Source: Octopus bimaculoides
Lineage: Eukaryota
Direction: 5' to 3'
NCBI RefSeq assembly: GCF_001194135.2
Contig: NC_068989.1
Span: 59,214,703-59,278,702, forward strand
Length of the DNA stretch: 64,000 nt
This document shows, piece after piece, positions 49,545 through 61,509 of the stretch. Position 1 is the first letter of the stretch. Every line of letters begins with the position of its first letter. A program made the translations under genes and the position numbers. The notes beneath the pieces are model-generated. The model worked only from the letters and a program-made list of their open reading frames with translations. It was not told where the DNA came from and searched no databases.

Positions 49545-50015
49545 AAGAGAGAGAGAAAGAGATAGAGAAAGAGAGAGAGAGAGTGTGTGTAGGAAACTAC
49601 AATGGACAGTAATACTATGAACACAAACACCACACCACTTCCACCCAATTGCATTCCATGACTTCAAAACACCTTTAAGTGAAACATGACATCTATAAAC
49701 ACAATGTCCATTACTAAAACCTTCAATTAATCCAAAACTGACGAATCAGGATGAAATCCACCTCACGGTGATATCCTGAAAAAATTCCATGTCCAGCAAC
49801 AAACCTACAACATCAGCGGTTCTCAAGCATTTTCCTTATCTATGGTTTTGATTCTTATTTTACTCAGGCGAACCCTCCTGGCCATTCGGTATTTTAAAAT
49901 AATTACTTCCTAGCTTCTGTTAGCTAGGAAACATATATAGCTTGGATTTTACCTGCCCCATTCCCTCAATTTGGATATGTGTGTGTATGTATACGCACGT
50001 ACATACATACATACA

Positions 50016-50049
<34 letters not shown>

Positions 50050-50376
50050 ACGAGAACTACGCCGAGCTACTGAGAAATTTTCAGATCCTCCACCCAGACA
50101 ACAAGTTCGGATTCATACCCGTGATTGTTGGGGCATTGGGATATGTAACGAACTGCCTCAAGAAAAACCTGGAAAAATTAGGGTTCTGAAAACCTGAAAG
50201 AAAAATGCTGATTAGAAGACTACAGATTCAAGCCATCAATGGAACTGTAAAGATATGTAAAACTTTCCAAAAATTTAGCACATAAATACATATGCATGCA
50301 TCTAGACATGAAAATATATACATAAAAACGCATCCATAAAACAAACATACAAATCTGCGCATACACTAACACCAAA

Positions 50377-50454
<78 letters not shown>

Positions 50455-51119
50455 GCACAAATACCTAGATGATGTTGATAAAAGTTCCAATGAAGGAGCC
50501 TTGAATCTATGTTAGAGTCCGACTCTTTCTCTATTGTCAAGAAATACAGAAATGAAACTGATTGATAATATATATAATATGTAGATAGGGTTATAATCCA
50601 AGTTGTGTCCTTTTGAAGCACATCTGCGTATTCCAAAGCCGTATGTAGATGTTATATATGCATGCTGATGTGAGATATGCATAAGCTGAAAGTTCTGAAA
50701 AATATGAATGTTTTTTATACAGCAATTACATATCAAAGCAGGTGATTGAAATTTTTTGGGTATTATTTACTTAGCATTATACGTATTTCAATTGCTAAGA
50801 AGGATTACAAAATAGTACATGTAGGGGAAAAATCTCCTCTAAGAAATACTTTAGACAGGGAATCAAATGATATTATTTCATTGTTTCTCTGAAGAATGTC
50901 TAATAGAGGTCCTACGTTTCTCCTACGTGTACAGATTTGTGACTCCCATGATTAGATAATATTATTTGATGCCGGGCAGAAGGATTTTTAATACAAGATG
51001 TCTTACGTGTTTCTTTTATATGTATCATTTTGTAATTCCTATTAGCAAATGAAACACGTGTAATGATGAATAAATATATATATACGTACATACATACCTA
51101 CATACGTATATACACACAT

Positions 51120-51175
<56 letters not shown>

Positions 51176-54100
51176 ACAGCCCACCCCATCACACACATAT
51201 ACATATATAAAAATATATGCACGTGGGTGTGCACATATATATCCTTATACGTATTTATACATACATATTATACATGTGTGTGTGAAATTTGTAGGATACA
51301 GTGCATGGTTAAATATATTCTTAATTTCTGACCTCATGAAACGTTGCACGCGATATTTCAAATAAATTTCTTCAAATACCTAAATTACAATAAATTTGAT
51401 ATGATTTCTCGACTTACCCTGGTTCCCGAACTTCTGCAATATCTCTGTTCAGGGGAATCATATCACTTACGTATTGATTGAATTGGTTTCGTTGCCAGCC
51501 TAGATCAAATTGTTCTTTCTCAGAAGCTGTCAGTTCATTAACATCGATGATGACTTTGGCCCCGCCTTTTCCTAAATAGAACAAATAAGTCGAATTATGC
51601 GTGTTATTAAAAAGAAGAAACATAAATTGAAACAATTGGGAATAGTAAAGATTCTTCTGACAGTAATAGTTTATCAATGTAAATGCGGTTCAGTTATTTA
51701 TAGTAATATACTGCGTTCCACATATCGAAGATATTTTGACTCCGTTATAAATAATAATGTATATATATANNNNNNNNNNTAACACTGACATCTCATTTTA
51801 ACAGATATATTTACCAAAATTATATAAAAATATCTTGAAATACTAAAGAGTAAATTTATTCAATAAAATCGCCATTTGCTTCAACCACGGCCTCCAGATG
51901 ACTTCGGAATCCCCTACGACTCTTTTGAACGATGTCCTTGTTTAAGTTGGTGAATGCTGCCATAATCCTTGCCTTCAGTTCATCTTTGTTGTTCCAAGGA
52001 GTTTTGTTGATCTATCGTTCAACTGCGCCCCACACATAATAATAATCAACGGGGTTGCAGTCTGGGGAGTTAAGTGGCTAGATGTACATTTAAACACATA
52101 AGAGAGATGTCCATAATAGGACATCTAGCCTGCTAGAAGGAGCAGTCAAACTCCAAACCACAATTAGGGATAATTTCGAAAGGGAATGAAAAATAAAAAC
52201 ATTTACCATCTATTTCCTGAACCAAGGTTTCAAGCTATTTTCAGCAAAATGAAATAATTTTCTAGGCCAGCTATCATCAGTATGGACATCTCTCTTATAT
52301 GTTTAAATGTACACTGTATGTATTTATATGAATGATATATAGTCTATTGACTAGTTTTTTTCTTCTCGCTAGACCACTGGTAGCAAAACTAATTTCTAAA
52401 TTTTTTTGCCACCCTGAGATTTATTAATAATACATATATATATACAATTAAACCTTGGGAGAGGCATTATGCCGGTAATAAACACACGCACTGGTTCAGT
52501 CCTTTATTAATTTATATAGTTCTTTGTTAAATTATTTCATTGCACTCTTGCAATCTCTTCAGTAACTTGTCTCTCCACTTCCATTTATTTTGAATGTATG
52601 ATCTGGCGTTGTATATATATAGCGGGATGTTTAAGCAAAGAATTATAATAATAAACGATAATGTGTCATTTTTTAATATTTTGGATGGAAATTTTGGGAT
52701 GTGTTGCTAAGCTCTAGACAAACATTCTCTTTAAATATGTTTCAATTCTCAGCTTTAACATTTACTTTCCTCGCAACTTTACAAAGACCATCTTCATGAT
52801 TTTTCATTTCCTTCGATTTTCATGTTTCCTGGCAAGAATTTGTTTTTTAAACTATTTCAATTTAATCTTTTTAAACTCCAAAATATCCATCGGTTTACTA
52901 ATATTTGAAATTATTACCATTCTAATTTATTGCATTGTATAATGTAAAATGGAGATTTTTGTTTTCAATCTGCTCATGTTTTATTTCGCTAATATTCAAT
53001 GACTATAAATCATGCAGACTTTACAAGATACATGGTGGAATCTCTAACTGTTTTAGTACTTAAGTCATTGTTTTTACATTCAGTCCATTGCATTCTTTCT
53101 ATTTTATTCGTATCTATCCGGCTATATACTATATATCGCTATGGAATTTTCTCTTTATTGACTGTCTAAACAGTTTTCATGCTTACTTATCATTGATAAA
53201 CAAAACAAACCTTGTTGAAATCCGTATGTTATTTTGATAAATTTAAAGTTCTTTTAAAAATTCAATTCATTTTAACAACGAGGTGCATTTTTAACCTCAA
53301 AACTAATTCTCTAATATTTTTACTTGCGTTTTTCTTTTTCTCGGTCCCACCCTCTCTCACATTTCTTGGCCTTCCTTTCATTCTCATCACTTTCCCTCTT
53401 CATTTGCCTCACTCTTCCCCTTTCCTTTTTCTCTCTCTTTCTCGTCCCTCCCTAATTCTTCAATCCCTCTACCCACTACCTCTCCCCTCTTCTTCCACGT
53501 GGTCGGTGTTCTGCCAAGCTTGACCTTTCTTTCTTGGTTCGACTACCATCCGTGTAGCATCTCTTATATTCCTTCCCATGACTTTCATCTATGTTCCTGC
53601 CGTAAGGCTTCACGTCCACACACGACAGCTTAATTTAATTCGTCCTTAGTCGGAAGACACCTGTTGTTAATGTCCTGTTGTGTGTATTTGTAATTGTGTA
53701 CCATTTCTCCGTTTTTTTTTTTCGTCCTTGTTTTCGTATACATTCGCTTGCTTTCTTCCAAAGAACCTAGTGCTCTTAGCTTATATTTTTGGGGGGCCGG
53801 CCATATTAGAGCACTCTCGAGTGTAACTGGTCGAAACTGCAATGACGATCTGGAACTCGACTGAAGATTGAAAGGTCCGAATGACCCGTTCTTGTTTTTT
53901 TCCTGTCCTTTTTTGTATCATCTGACTGTCCGNNNNNNNNNNNNNNNNNNNNNNNNNNNNNNNNNNNNNNNNNNNNNNNNNNNNNNNNNNNNNNNNNNNN
54001 NNNNNNNNNNNNNNNNNNNNNNNNNNNNNNNNNNNNNNNNNNNNNNNNNNNNNNNNNNNNNNNNNNNNNNNNNNNNNNNNNNNNNNNNNNNNNNNNNNNN

Positions 54101-55354
54101 NNNNNNNNNNNNNNNNNNNNNNNNNNNNNNNNNNNNNNNNNNNNNNNNNNNNNNNNNNNNNNNNNNNNNNNNNNNNNNNNNNNTATATATATATATATAT
54201 ATATATATGCTATGTAGGTGGCTAACTTCAGCTAGAAAGAGAACTGCGCAAAATTTACATCATGCTTTTTTTGCATACAGTCCAAAAGAAAACACAGTTT
54301 GCACACACCCAAACGCCAGATCGCATACACGGCTTAACTAAAATACACAAAATGAGAGACTTTCGAATGAAGTTTCGAATGGAATATGGCATCATTTCAA
54401 TTGCCTTATTGTACTAATAATCGGTAATATTTCTATTATTAATAAGGCAGCGTTAGCACGCTGGGTAAAATGTTTAGTGGCATTTCGTCCTTCTCTACGT
54501 TCGAAAAACTCTGCTGAGCTCAATTTTACCTTTTATCCTTTCGGTGTCGATATAATAAGTACCAGTACTATAACATAAATTAAATTTGTGTTATAGTTTG
54601 TCACTAAAAATTAAATTGTTACTGAGTGGAAAATGTATTAGTGTAATTACATTTTGACATCCACGCCTTTCACATAATCACTTCTGAAATAAGAATATTT
54701 GAATAACGTCAATAACTGGGATGCGAACTCGACTCATTTTACAAGCAGTGATAGCTTCTATAAGTTTTCTGATAGGCACAGTATTAATGAACATTTCGAA
54801 AAAGTATAAATATTGATTTAATTATATGAAAACTATTTATCTAAAAACATCAGCTGAATGAATTAAAATTTACTACCTGGGTAATTTTCTTCCGCAACAT
54901 CTTGTAATAAATCCATATCATACTTCTGTATTTCACCTTTGTGGATCAAAATGTTTTCCTTTGCCTTATTGTAATTATTATTGATTTGCAGAGGGTTTGG
55001 AGCAGTAATACGTCCTTTATTATCAGGGAGTATTTTGTTTTCGTTTTTCTCGTCTTTAATTATGAGAAAATTATTTTCCCCATTTCTGTGACCTTGCGAA
55101 TAGTTTTTGTATTCGTCATAATGCTTTCCGTTAAAGTTTATTTTCTCCAATCTTCTCAACTTTTCACTTAGTTTTTCTAAACGTTCACTTTCATTTCTGG
55201 TCAAACCCATGGGAATTTCCTTGTGTTGGTAATTAGCCATTGGTAATAATTTATGAAAGAAAATTATGTTTGAAATTAACCATAACACGAAGACAATGAG
55301 AACTACACGGTATGTAAAGATCATTCGAAATACTGCTCTGTATTTCAAAGTCAT
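26845..55354 (-). CDS. GALNT: Polypeptide N-acetylgalactosaminyltransferase (GT27), spliced CDS: complement(join(26845..26982,29823..29945,31870..31959,36255..36383,36893..37078,40220..40337,42546..42759,44149..44313,46803..46969,51418..51571,54877..55354)); 1962 nt = 653 aa + stop
   Basis: N-terminal type II TM anchor and stem, [41 protein letters not shown] (DxH), [38 protein letters not shown], and three ricin-B repeats. All introns are GT-AG with matching phases. Paralog number cannot be assigned. Confidence 0.96.
27480..28850 (-). mobile_element. Decayed RTE-type LINE endonuclease/ORF fragment in the last GALNT intron
   Basis: [30 protein letters not shown] (TWMHPRSK-like); frameshifted. 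Confidence 0.75.
28855..29252 (-). mobile_element. tRNA-derived SINE (family D) with internal (TA)n; partial copy at 495-655
   Basis: Head ggcgcaggagtgactgtgtggtaagaagc...ggttcagtcc; same body as 495-655. Confidence 0.8.
29823..29945 (-). CDS. GALNT: GALNT exon 10, lectin beta repeat ([41 protein letters not shown])
   Basis: ttctattctcag acceptor and GTGAGT donor; CLD, CH, GNQxW motifs. Confidence 0.93.
31870..31959 (-). CDS. GALNT: GALNT exon 9, lectin alpha repeat ([30 protein letters not shown])
   Basis: tttttattgttaag acceptor and GTAGAA donor; phase 0/0; C-L...C...Q spacing of a ricin-B repeat; absent from the ORF track. Confidence 0.82.
32562..32837 (+). mobile_element. Non-autonomous Helitron (276 bp) in a GALNT intron
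   Basis: A|TCTACTATAATAA 5' end; subterminal GCCGT-N8-ACGGC hairpin; CTAG|T 3' end; AT target, no TSD. Confidence 0.8.
33999..34326 (+). mobile_element. tRNA-derived SINE (family C)
   Basis: A-box ggctcagtggttaa, B-box gagttcgaatccc, followed by tgtgttcttgaacaagaca. Confidence 0.85.
34596..34950 (+). mobile_element. tRNA-derived SINE (family B)
   Basis: A-box tggcccagtggttagg, B-box gtttcgattccc; body matches 15854-16239; CAA tail. Confidence 0.88.
35660..36050 (+). mobile_element. Two tandem SINE family A copies
   Basis: Core gagttca.attc.gccgag.tc.actt...cattcatcctttcggg occurs twice. Confidence 0.85.
36255..36383 (-). CDS. GALNT: GALNT exon 8 ([43 protein letters not shown])
   Basis: tcttttctag acceptor and GTAAGG donor; conserved end of the catalytic domain; absent from the ORF track. 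Confidence 0.95.
36893..37078 (-). CDS. GALNT: GALNT exon 7 (TWMCGG...CSHVGHIFR...RLAEVWMD...NWNL)
   Basis: tattttttgcag acceptor and GTGAGT donor; phase 0/0. Confidence 0.96.
37432..37771. repeat. Compound (CAT)n/(CATCGT)n microsatellite, ~340 bp
   Basis: Directly visible; produces the spurious poly-His and poly-Met/Thr ORFs. Confidence 0.95.
37772..37990 (-). mobile_element. RTE-type 3' UTR with (GAT)n tail
   Basis: Minus strand ...gtcaaaccatccaacccatgccagcatggaagatagacg runs directly into the GAT/GAC array. Confidence 0.6.
38000..38420 (-). mobile_element. Possible decayed LINE RT fragment
   Basis: QILSPLL...SYG (GSILSPLL...YADD-like) in ORF 37931..38386; weak. Confidence 0.3.
38590..39030 (-). 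mobile_element. RTE LINE ORF C-terminal fragment
   Basis: Minus strand gives decayed [22 protein letters not shown]..., ERRLR.YGHV, TWDEVV..DLR motifs. Confidence 0.75.
39896..40120 (+). mobile_element. SINE family A copy
   Basis: ggcgagctggcagaatcgtt...aaattccgccgagttcaactttg. Confidence 0.88.
40220..40337 (-). CDS. GALNT: GALNT exon 6 ([11 protein letters not shown]...[11 protein letters not shown])
   Basis: atatttgcag acceptor and GTAAGA donor; phase 2/0. Confidence 0.96.
40620..41900 (-). mobile_element. Possible very old LINE remnant
   Basis: Strong strand bias (T-rich on +) with faint coding-like patches; no clean motif. Confidence 0.25.
42546..42759 (-). CDS. GALNT: GALNT exon 5 ([10 protein letters not shown]...VSPVIDTID...FDWSLAFKW...DPV)
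   Basis: ttgtttaaag acceptor and GTGAGT donor; phase 1/2. Confidence 0.95.
44149..44313 (-). CDS. GALNT: GALNT exon 4 ([10 protein letters not shown]...GLIRARL...[10 protein letters not shown])
   Basis: tatccttcag acceptor and GTATCA donor; phase 1/1; DxH motif. Confidence 0.96.
45485..46124 (-). mobile_element. Mariner transposon, left end plus 5' half of transposase, 3'-truncated
   Basis: TA-CGAGGGGGTACCCAAAAG terminus at 46124; HTH ([11 protein letters not shown]), KFVHRLL (WVPHEL-like), [19 protein letters not shown]; frameshifted. Confidence 0.9.
46803..46969 (-). CDS. GALNT: GALNT exon 3 ([28 protein letters not shown]...VDDASTF)
   Basis: tttcttcag acceptor and GTAAGT donor; phase 2/1. 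Confidence 0.96.
47687..47742. repeat. 56-bp near-perfect palindrome
   Basis: 20-bp perfect arms, one T:T mismatch, then self-complementary ttaagaattcttaa. Confidence 0.95.
48635..48690. repeat. Perfect 24-bp hairpin with 8-nt loop
   Basis: atataacttgttgaattttcctga-taaggttc-tcaggaaaattcaacaagttatat. Confidence 0.95.
50048..50282 (+). mobile_element. 3' fragment of an RLE-type non-LTR retrotransposon
   Basis: [13 protein letters not shown]...[10 protein letters not shown]...[14 protein letters not shown] with an in-frame stop. Confidence 0.7.
51418..51571 (-). CDS. GALNT: GALNT exon 2 (GKGGAKV...[22 protein letters not shown])
   Basis: ttctatttag acceptor and GTAAGT donor; phase 1/2. Confidence 0.95.
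51856..52078 (-). mobile_element. Tc1/mariner-family transposase C-terminal fragment
   Basis: [26 protein letters not shown]...DELKARI...[17 protein letters not shown]. Confidence 0.88.
52083..52315. mobile_element. ~230-bp MITE-like element with ~33-bp terminal inverted repeats
   Basis: gtacatttaaacacataagagagatgtccata versus its reverse complement at 52281-52312 (1 mismatch); related copy at 22970-23231. Confidence 0.75.
54877..55354 (-). CDS. GALNT: GALNT coding exon 1 (cytosolic tail, TM anchor, Asn/Lys/Glu-rich stem)
   Basis: ORF 54863..55354; hydrophobic [17 protein letters not shown]; GTAGTA donor, phase 1. Confidence 0.88.
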
Positions 55355-55800
55355 ATTGAGTTATTAAACGTTATTTAGAAACAGGGCAGGACGTGATGGT
55401 ATTTCAAGAGAGCATCTTTTTAAAAAAAATTTTGTTGGGTAAAACGAAGTGAAAACTTCTGGAGTAGTTTTTAGTTTATAGAAATTGTATGATCTGAAAG
55501 AAGAAAGAAAACGAAATAATTGAATATTAAATAAAATTCATATTCCGATTTGTACGTTTAGTGTCTGTGATCAGCTTTATACATTAACTTTTAGTCGGAT
55601 TTTACTCGGAGTAAGTAATAAATATCACTATTATACAAAGGACACAAAGATATTATTAGTACCATAAAACATAATTTGCTGGGATTAAAATAAAATGAAT
55701 TTTATTGGGCATATAAAGCAAGATATACTGATTCACAGCTTTTAAAAATCAAAAGAAAGAAAATGTTCTTGGAAATGTAAGTTTCAGTTATTTTACTCAC
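55355..55800 (-). other. Probable GALNT 5'UTR part (55355-55493) and upstream intron (55494-55800)
   Basis: Strong minus-strand acceptor ttttctttcttctttcag at 55494-55495 and a GTGAGT donor at 55800. Confidence 0.4.
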
Positions 55801-57757
55801 TTGTTTATGAATAAAAGAAGGAAGCCAAATATGTCAGCAAATAGGATGCTAGGATGCTACACATGATTTTCTCATACAAGCCTGGTTGATCATTTCAACA
55901 GGAAAATTGATAGATTGGAGAACTGTTTTCCAGCAACATACTAAAATATCTGCAACAGACACTGTTTCAATTCCAGAGCTTAAATCCTTATCTTTGTATG
56001 GTCATAGTATGTACAAGATATCCACACTATATGACGCACAGAAGGACATTCTAATTATAAAGAAGAAACTGCATTTCTTTTCAAATCATGACTAGTAAAA
56101 CAGAGACTAAGTATGGTATTTAGATATTAGCGTTATGTGATTCTAAATGCTACACGCTCTCACTTGCTAATTAACTATATGTGCACACAAACAGACACAC
56201 ACACGTGCGCACACACATAGTGTAGGTATTTATGCTTATATAGATTCAAATATAAACGAGAGGAATAACAATATGAGCAACAAAGCAAAAACAAAGAGTA
56301 ATTTACTCTTTGCTGCCCAACGAGAGATAAAAACAAAATTAGAAATGCTTTGATGTTTCAAGTTGAAGCTCCTTTCAGAAAGTTAGATAGAACCAAGACA
56401 GGAACATGTAGAAAAACGAAAGAATACGCATAATGTGATTTTAAATAATGTAACTATGAAGAGTACAGATTATGTATATACATTAAGCGTGTAGAATATA
56501 TTTGTGTTTGCTTTGAATGAGTTTATATATATGTAGCTGTATGTTTGATTTGGAGAATGATTTTGTGGACGCCCTGTAGTGCGAAAAACAAGATGTCATA
56601 TTGCGTATCAACTCAACAGTGCCGATGGCTATCCAAATATGTGTATATGTGCATTTGTGTGCGTGTGTGTGTGTGTTTGCATTTACATGTGTTTGTATAT
56701 GCATATGAGAGGAATATACTCCTAATCGAAACCTGCGGTGTTCGTTATATCTGGCCATTTGCTTTTTATTTTGCTTATTGCGAACTTAAGTCGGTCCAGT
56801 CAGTCAACTGCGAAGTATTTTAGCATGATTCGATGTACGTAATGTGTATTTAGGCCCTTTTATTTCAGGGTGATATAAAGGGGCGTGCTGCAGGTCATGG
56901 AAACACGTCATGTATACTACCGGTCCCAAATGGAACTAAGCAACTATGCATCATGGCGCTAAAACAGTTTGGTACCGACTCCTGAGAAATATGTGCGCAC
57001 GTACATACATAGATGTGTGTATATGAATGTATATGTGTGTTTGTGAGAGTATGCGTGTGTTTGTGAGAGTATGAGTGTGTGTGCGTGCGTGCGTGCGTGC
57101 GTGTGTGTGTATGTATGTGTGTGTATGTGTGTGTGTGTGTGTGTGTGCGTACTTCTACATGTCCACAAAGTAAGAATCTTGTAAGCATACGCAGAGATGC
57201 GCGCGCCTGCATTTATTTACTTACATAATTGCACGTATACCCATTGGGTAAGTGTTTGTGCGTACGTTCATCTATTTATATGCATACATGTGTGTGTATT
57301 TGTATATGTGTGAATGTGGGCGTGTAAGGGTAACTATATTTATATGTATGGATGGATTAATGTACGAGAAATCCTGGAGCTAGAGGGGTGGTGCCACTAA
57401 AAAGGGAAAGAATAACGTACAGAAAGCTGCTGTGTCTGGGGAGAGTCATTCTCTTTTAGTGCCTTATAATTTAACACACTCACCGGTAAAATTTCCACAT
57501 ATTTCCTTCTTTATTTATCTAAAATTTTCGTTGCGTCTTGCAACCTTTTCAATAGTTTTGACTCTGTTCGTTATTCACACTGCGTTCCTTTTTGTTTGTT
57601 TGTGTGCGTGTGTGTGCATATACATGCATGTATGTATGTATGTATGTATGCATGTGTGTGTATGCATGTATTTATGTATGTATGTGTGTACATTTGTGTG
57701 TATGTATTCTGCATATTCATGTGTTTGCGTGTCTGTATTTGTGTTTTTATGTATGTG

Positions 57758-57802
<45 letters not shown>

Positions 57803-58017
57803 CAGAAAGCTAATATACAAGAATATATAACATGCAAGCACGCACAGACTAACACACAAACACGCACACACTGACATGCATACACATGCTGTACTGGTTT
57901 GGGAATTGAACCCACGTTCATTATGACATTATAATCATTATAAACACTCTAAACACTAGGTCACTCGCCTTCACAATTCTACTCCACCAAATTTAAAATT
58001 TCCGCACACTCACACTG

Positions 58018-58054
<37 letters not shown>

Positions 58055-59282
58055 GAGGCATACACAAACACACACAAATACACACACGCAAACACGCACT
58101 ATCACACATGTACACCCATGTACATAGCGAACTCTCCCTCCCTTACTTCACATGTATCTTCACAAATGTCTGCTCGATGAAACAAGTTTCATTCTTATCA
58201 TCCAATCAACACAGTCTCTTCCCTCTCTAAGCACGCTTACAGTTCCATTAATAAACTTGGGTAAGTTCTAGCCATACTGCTATAGTATCCCTGTTAGGCA
58301 CAAAAAACATACTTTGTTCTCATAGAATGAATGATCCATTTGGCGCAATTTGCACGATTATACACCCATTATGTTTTATAAGATTTTAGGAGTACTCTTT
58401 GCCCATGAGCATGTTGGCTAAACACTCCTTATATCTATTTGATAGAAACGGATCTTACATGTAAGTTTTCAGCAGTATCTGAGATATTCACTAAAATTTA
58501 TTTTTAGTCTTCCACAAAAACATGAAGATGTTGGAATCGCTAAAACTGACCGAAAATCTTGAAGGATCTATATCTGTACTTATGAAATGAAGCGAGAGAA
58601 ACTGGTAAAAGATTAAAGTATATGGACATACCTATGTATGTATGTATGTATGTATGTATGTATGTATTTATATATGTACATGTATGTATGTATATGTATG
58701 TATGTATGTGTGTGTATGTATGTACGTATGTGTGTATGTATATATATGCATGTATGTAGGTATATATATCTATGTATACGTATATATATATATATATATA
58801 TATATATNNNNNNNNNNNNNNNNNNNNNNNNNNNNNNNNNNNNNNNNNNNNNNNNNNNNNNNNNNNNNNNNNNNNNNNNNNNNNNNNNNNNNNNNNNNNN
58901 NNNNNNNNNNNNNNNNNNNNNNNNNNNNNNNNATATATATACATACATATACATATATTTACATATACCTATTTATATATACATACACAAACAGACACTC
59001 GCGCACACGTATACATATGGTGAAAAGTAAAAAAAAAGAAGCAAAAAATAAAACAAACAGGAACAAGAGATTGAAAGATTATTATGGTAGAGTGTCCATT
59101 TAAAAAGATCAATCTTAAATGTAAATATTAAGATACCAGCTGTTTAAATATGAACACTAACATTACTTGAAATATGAAATATCAAACAAGACAACGCGCG
59201 TACATACATACATACGTACATACATGCTTAAATACATACATACATACATACATACATACATACATACATACATACATACATT

Positions 59283-59314
<32 letters not shown>

Positions 59315-59726
59315 TGTATGTATACGATTCTGTTCATGTATGCGAGAAAAGATTTCTTGACATGTACAGTGGAGGTCATTTATTAAAGTCTAAGATTCCA
59401 CATTTTGTCGGTTTCATATTACCGGTGATCATAAAATTGGATCTATTTACAAAGGTTCTTTTCTACACATTCGGGCGCGCACATACACATCCACACTCAC
59501 ATACTCACCCATTCACCCATACAAACAGATGCATATATATATATATAATGTTCTGTGATAGAAATATCAACTATTGCTTATGGTGAGAGAAAAATACTAT
59601 TTATTTAAAGGACACAGTACATGTCTTATTCAATTTTTCTAGTTCGTCATTATAGGTATTTCTCAACATATGAAAGTATAAGTAGCACTTAAAAACATGT
59701 ATTGTGTTGTCCTTTAATTGAAAAAT

Positions 59727-59765
<39 letters not shown>

Positions 59766-59950
59766 TCTTGCTGTAAAGAACACAGCTACTAAAGTGGATG
59801 AAGAAAATTTGAAGCGTTGCTTTGGTATAACGTTTACAGCACCTGTCACATTGTAAGATGATATGGGTTTGAGACACACGGACCGCCTTCGAACTTTATC
59901 CATTCAAGGGTTTTGTTTTTTTATTTTTTCAACTCAAAATTGTACACGCA

Positions 59951-60150
59951 AAAGGCGGCGAGCTGGTAGAAACTTTACTACGCTGGGCGAAATGCTTAGT
60001 GGTATTTCATCTGTCTTTACGTTCTGTGTTCAAATTCCGCCGAGGTCGACTTTGCCTTTCGTCCTTTCGGGATTGCGTACTGGGATCATTTTAATCGACT
60101 GGCCCCCTTCCCCAAAATTTCGGGCCTTGTACCGAGAGTAGAAAAGAATA
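59951..60150 (+). mobile_element. SINE family A copy
   Basis: ggcggcgagctggtagaaac...aaattccgccgaggtcgactttgcc. Confidence 0.88.
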
Positions 60151-61509
60151 TTGTACACGTAATTAATTATTGGACTGTCTGCTTCAAGTTCCACCGTTAA
60201 ATACATATTAAATATATATGTATNNNNNNNNNNNNNNNNNNNNNNNNNNNNNNNNNNNNNNNNNNNNNNNNNNNNNNNNNNNNNNNNNNNNNNNNNNNNN
60301 NNNNNNNNNNNNNNNNNNNNNNNNNNNNNNNNNNNNNNNNNNNNNNNNNNNNNNNNNNNNNNNGCTTTTAATTATAAATTTTTCTATATGTGATAGTGGA
60401 TTTTCATCGATGAGTTCTTGAAACTTGGTTCTTTTCCCTAAAACTATATATTTTTATATATTATAATCTATAAAGCTCAATTTAATTTTAATTTTTTATA
60501 AATTGATTTTAATTGAGTTTTTACCTGTAATTTTGGATTTTGTCCCTAATATTATATATATATATATATATATAAAAGATAATAAGAGTGAAAAAACTAC
60601 AGAAGGCTTGTGTTACATGGTTAAAGTATATATTTAAATTATGTCAGAAAAATGTAAGAAAAATGTTAGAAAAATGTTAGAAAATCTTTTTGGTATATAA
60701 ACATTGTATTTTGAGAAATAACCGGTTTCGTGTTGTCTTTTCAAATTTCTCTACATGTATGTACCATAGTACCATATATAAAAGTTGCATAAAATTTAGA
60801 TTGGCTTCTATTATAAGAGTTATCTACCTTACTAGTTGATTTTTAGATTGCAAATTCCTTAGAAAGATCATTGGTCCAATAATCAGCTTTATGAACTCAA
60901 ATGCATTATTTCTTATCACTACATTACGTATGTGAAACTCTAATATAGAGCTCAGTGCTTCTAACTACCCTCGGTGTAGCTAGTGCCTTTTGACCTAATA
61001 CTATCTTTCATTCATGTTGCATGTTAATATTCTTATTTAGTTTTATATTAATTAATTTTATAAATGGAATGAATGAGAAAAAAAAAATATGAAAGAAGCA
61101 CTGATACCTGCTACGTTTCCATAATTTTCTAGGTATTTTTCATTCCTTATGTGGCTTAACACAGTACTGATAGACGTTTAAACTGTAACTTCCACTGAAC
61201 AAATAACATTTTGCCTTTGAATACTACATACAACATGTTTCAACAAAACAATCAATTCATATCGATTTGCCACGTTTTGATTACTAAATATATTTGTTGG
61301 ACATAGGCGGGAAGGCATATGCTACAGAATGCGAACTGCTCTTTGTTTAGTGGAGGGAGATAGCTTCTTACACGGGGCTCTGTTTTGTATTCTTTTATTT
61401 ATTTATTTATTTGTTTATTTATTTATGTATTTGTTTTTCGTTTTTCTGATCTTTATTTCTCTCTCTCTCTTCATACTTTTCTGTATTAGAAAAAAGAAAG
61501 CAAAAGCTA

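Noticed and set aside
53820-53900. GAAAC...CTGAAGA motif as another hammerhead
   Set aside because: Stems I and II could not be paired and the cleavage triplet is absent.
56873-56882. TATA-like gatataaagg as the GALNT promoter
   Set aside because: It is on the wrong strand for GALNT and has no supporting downstream feature.
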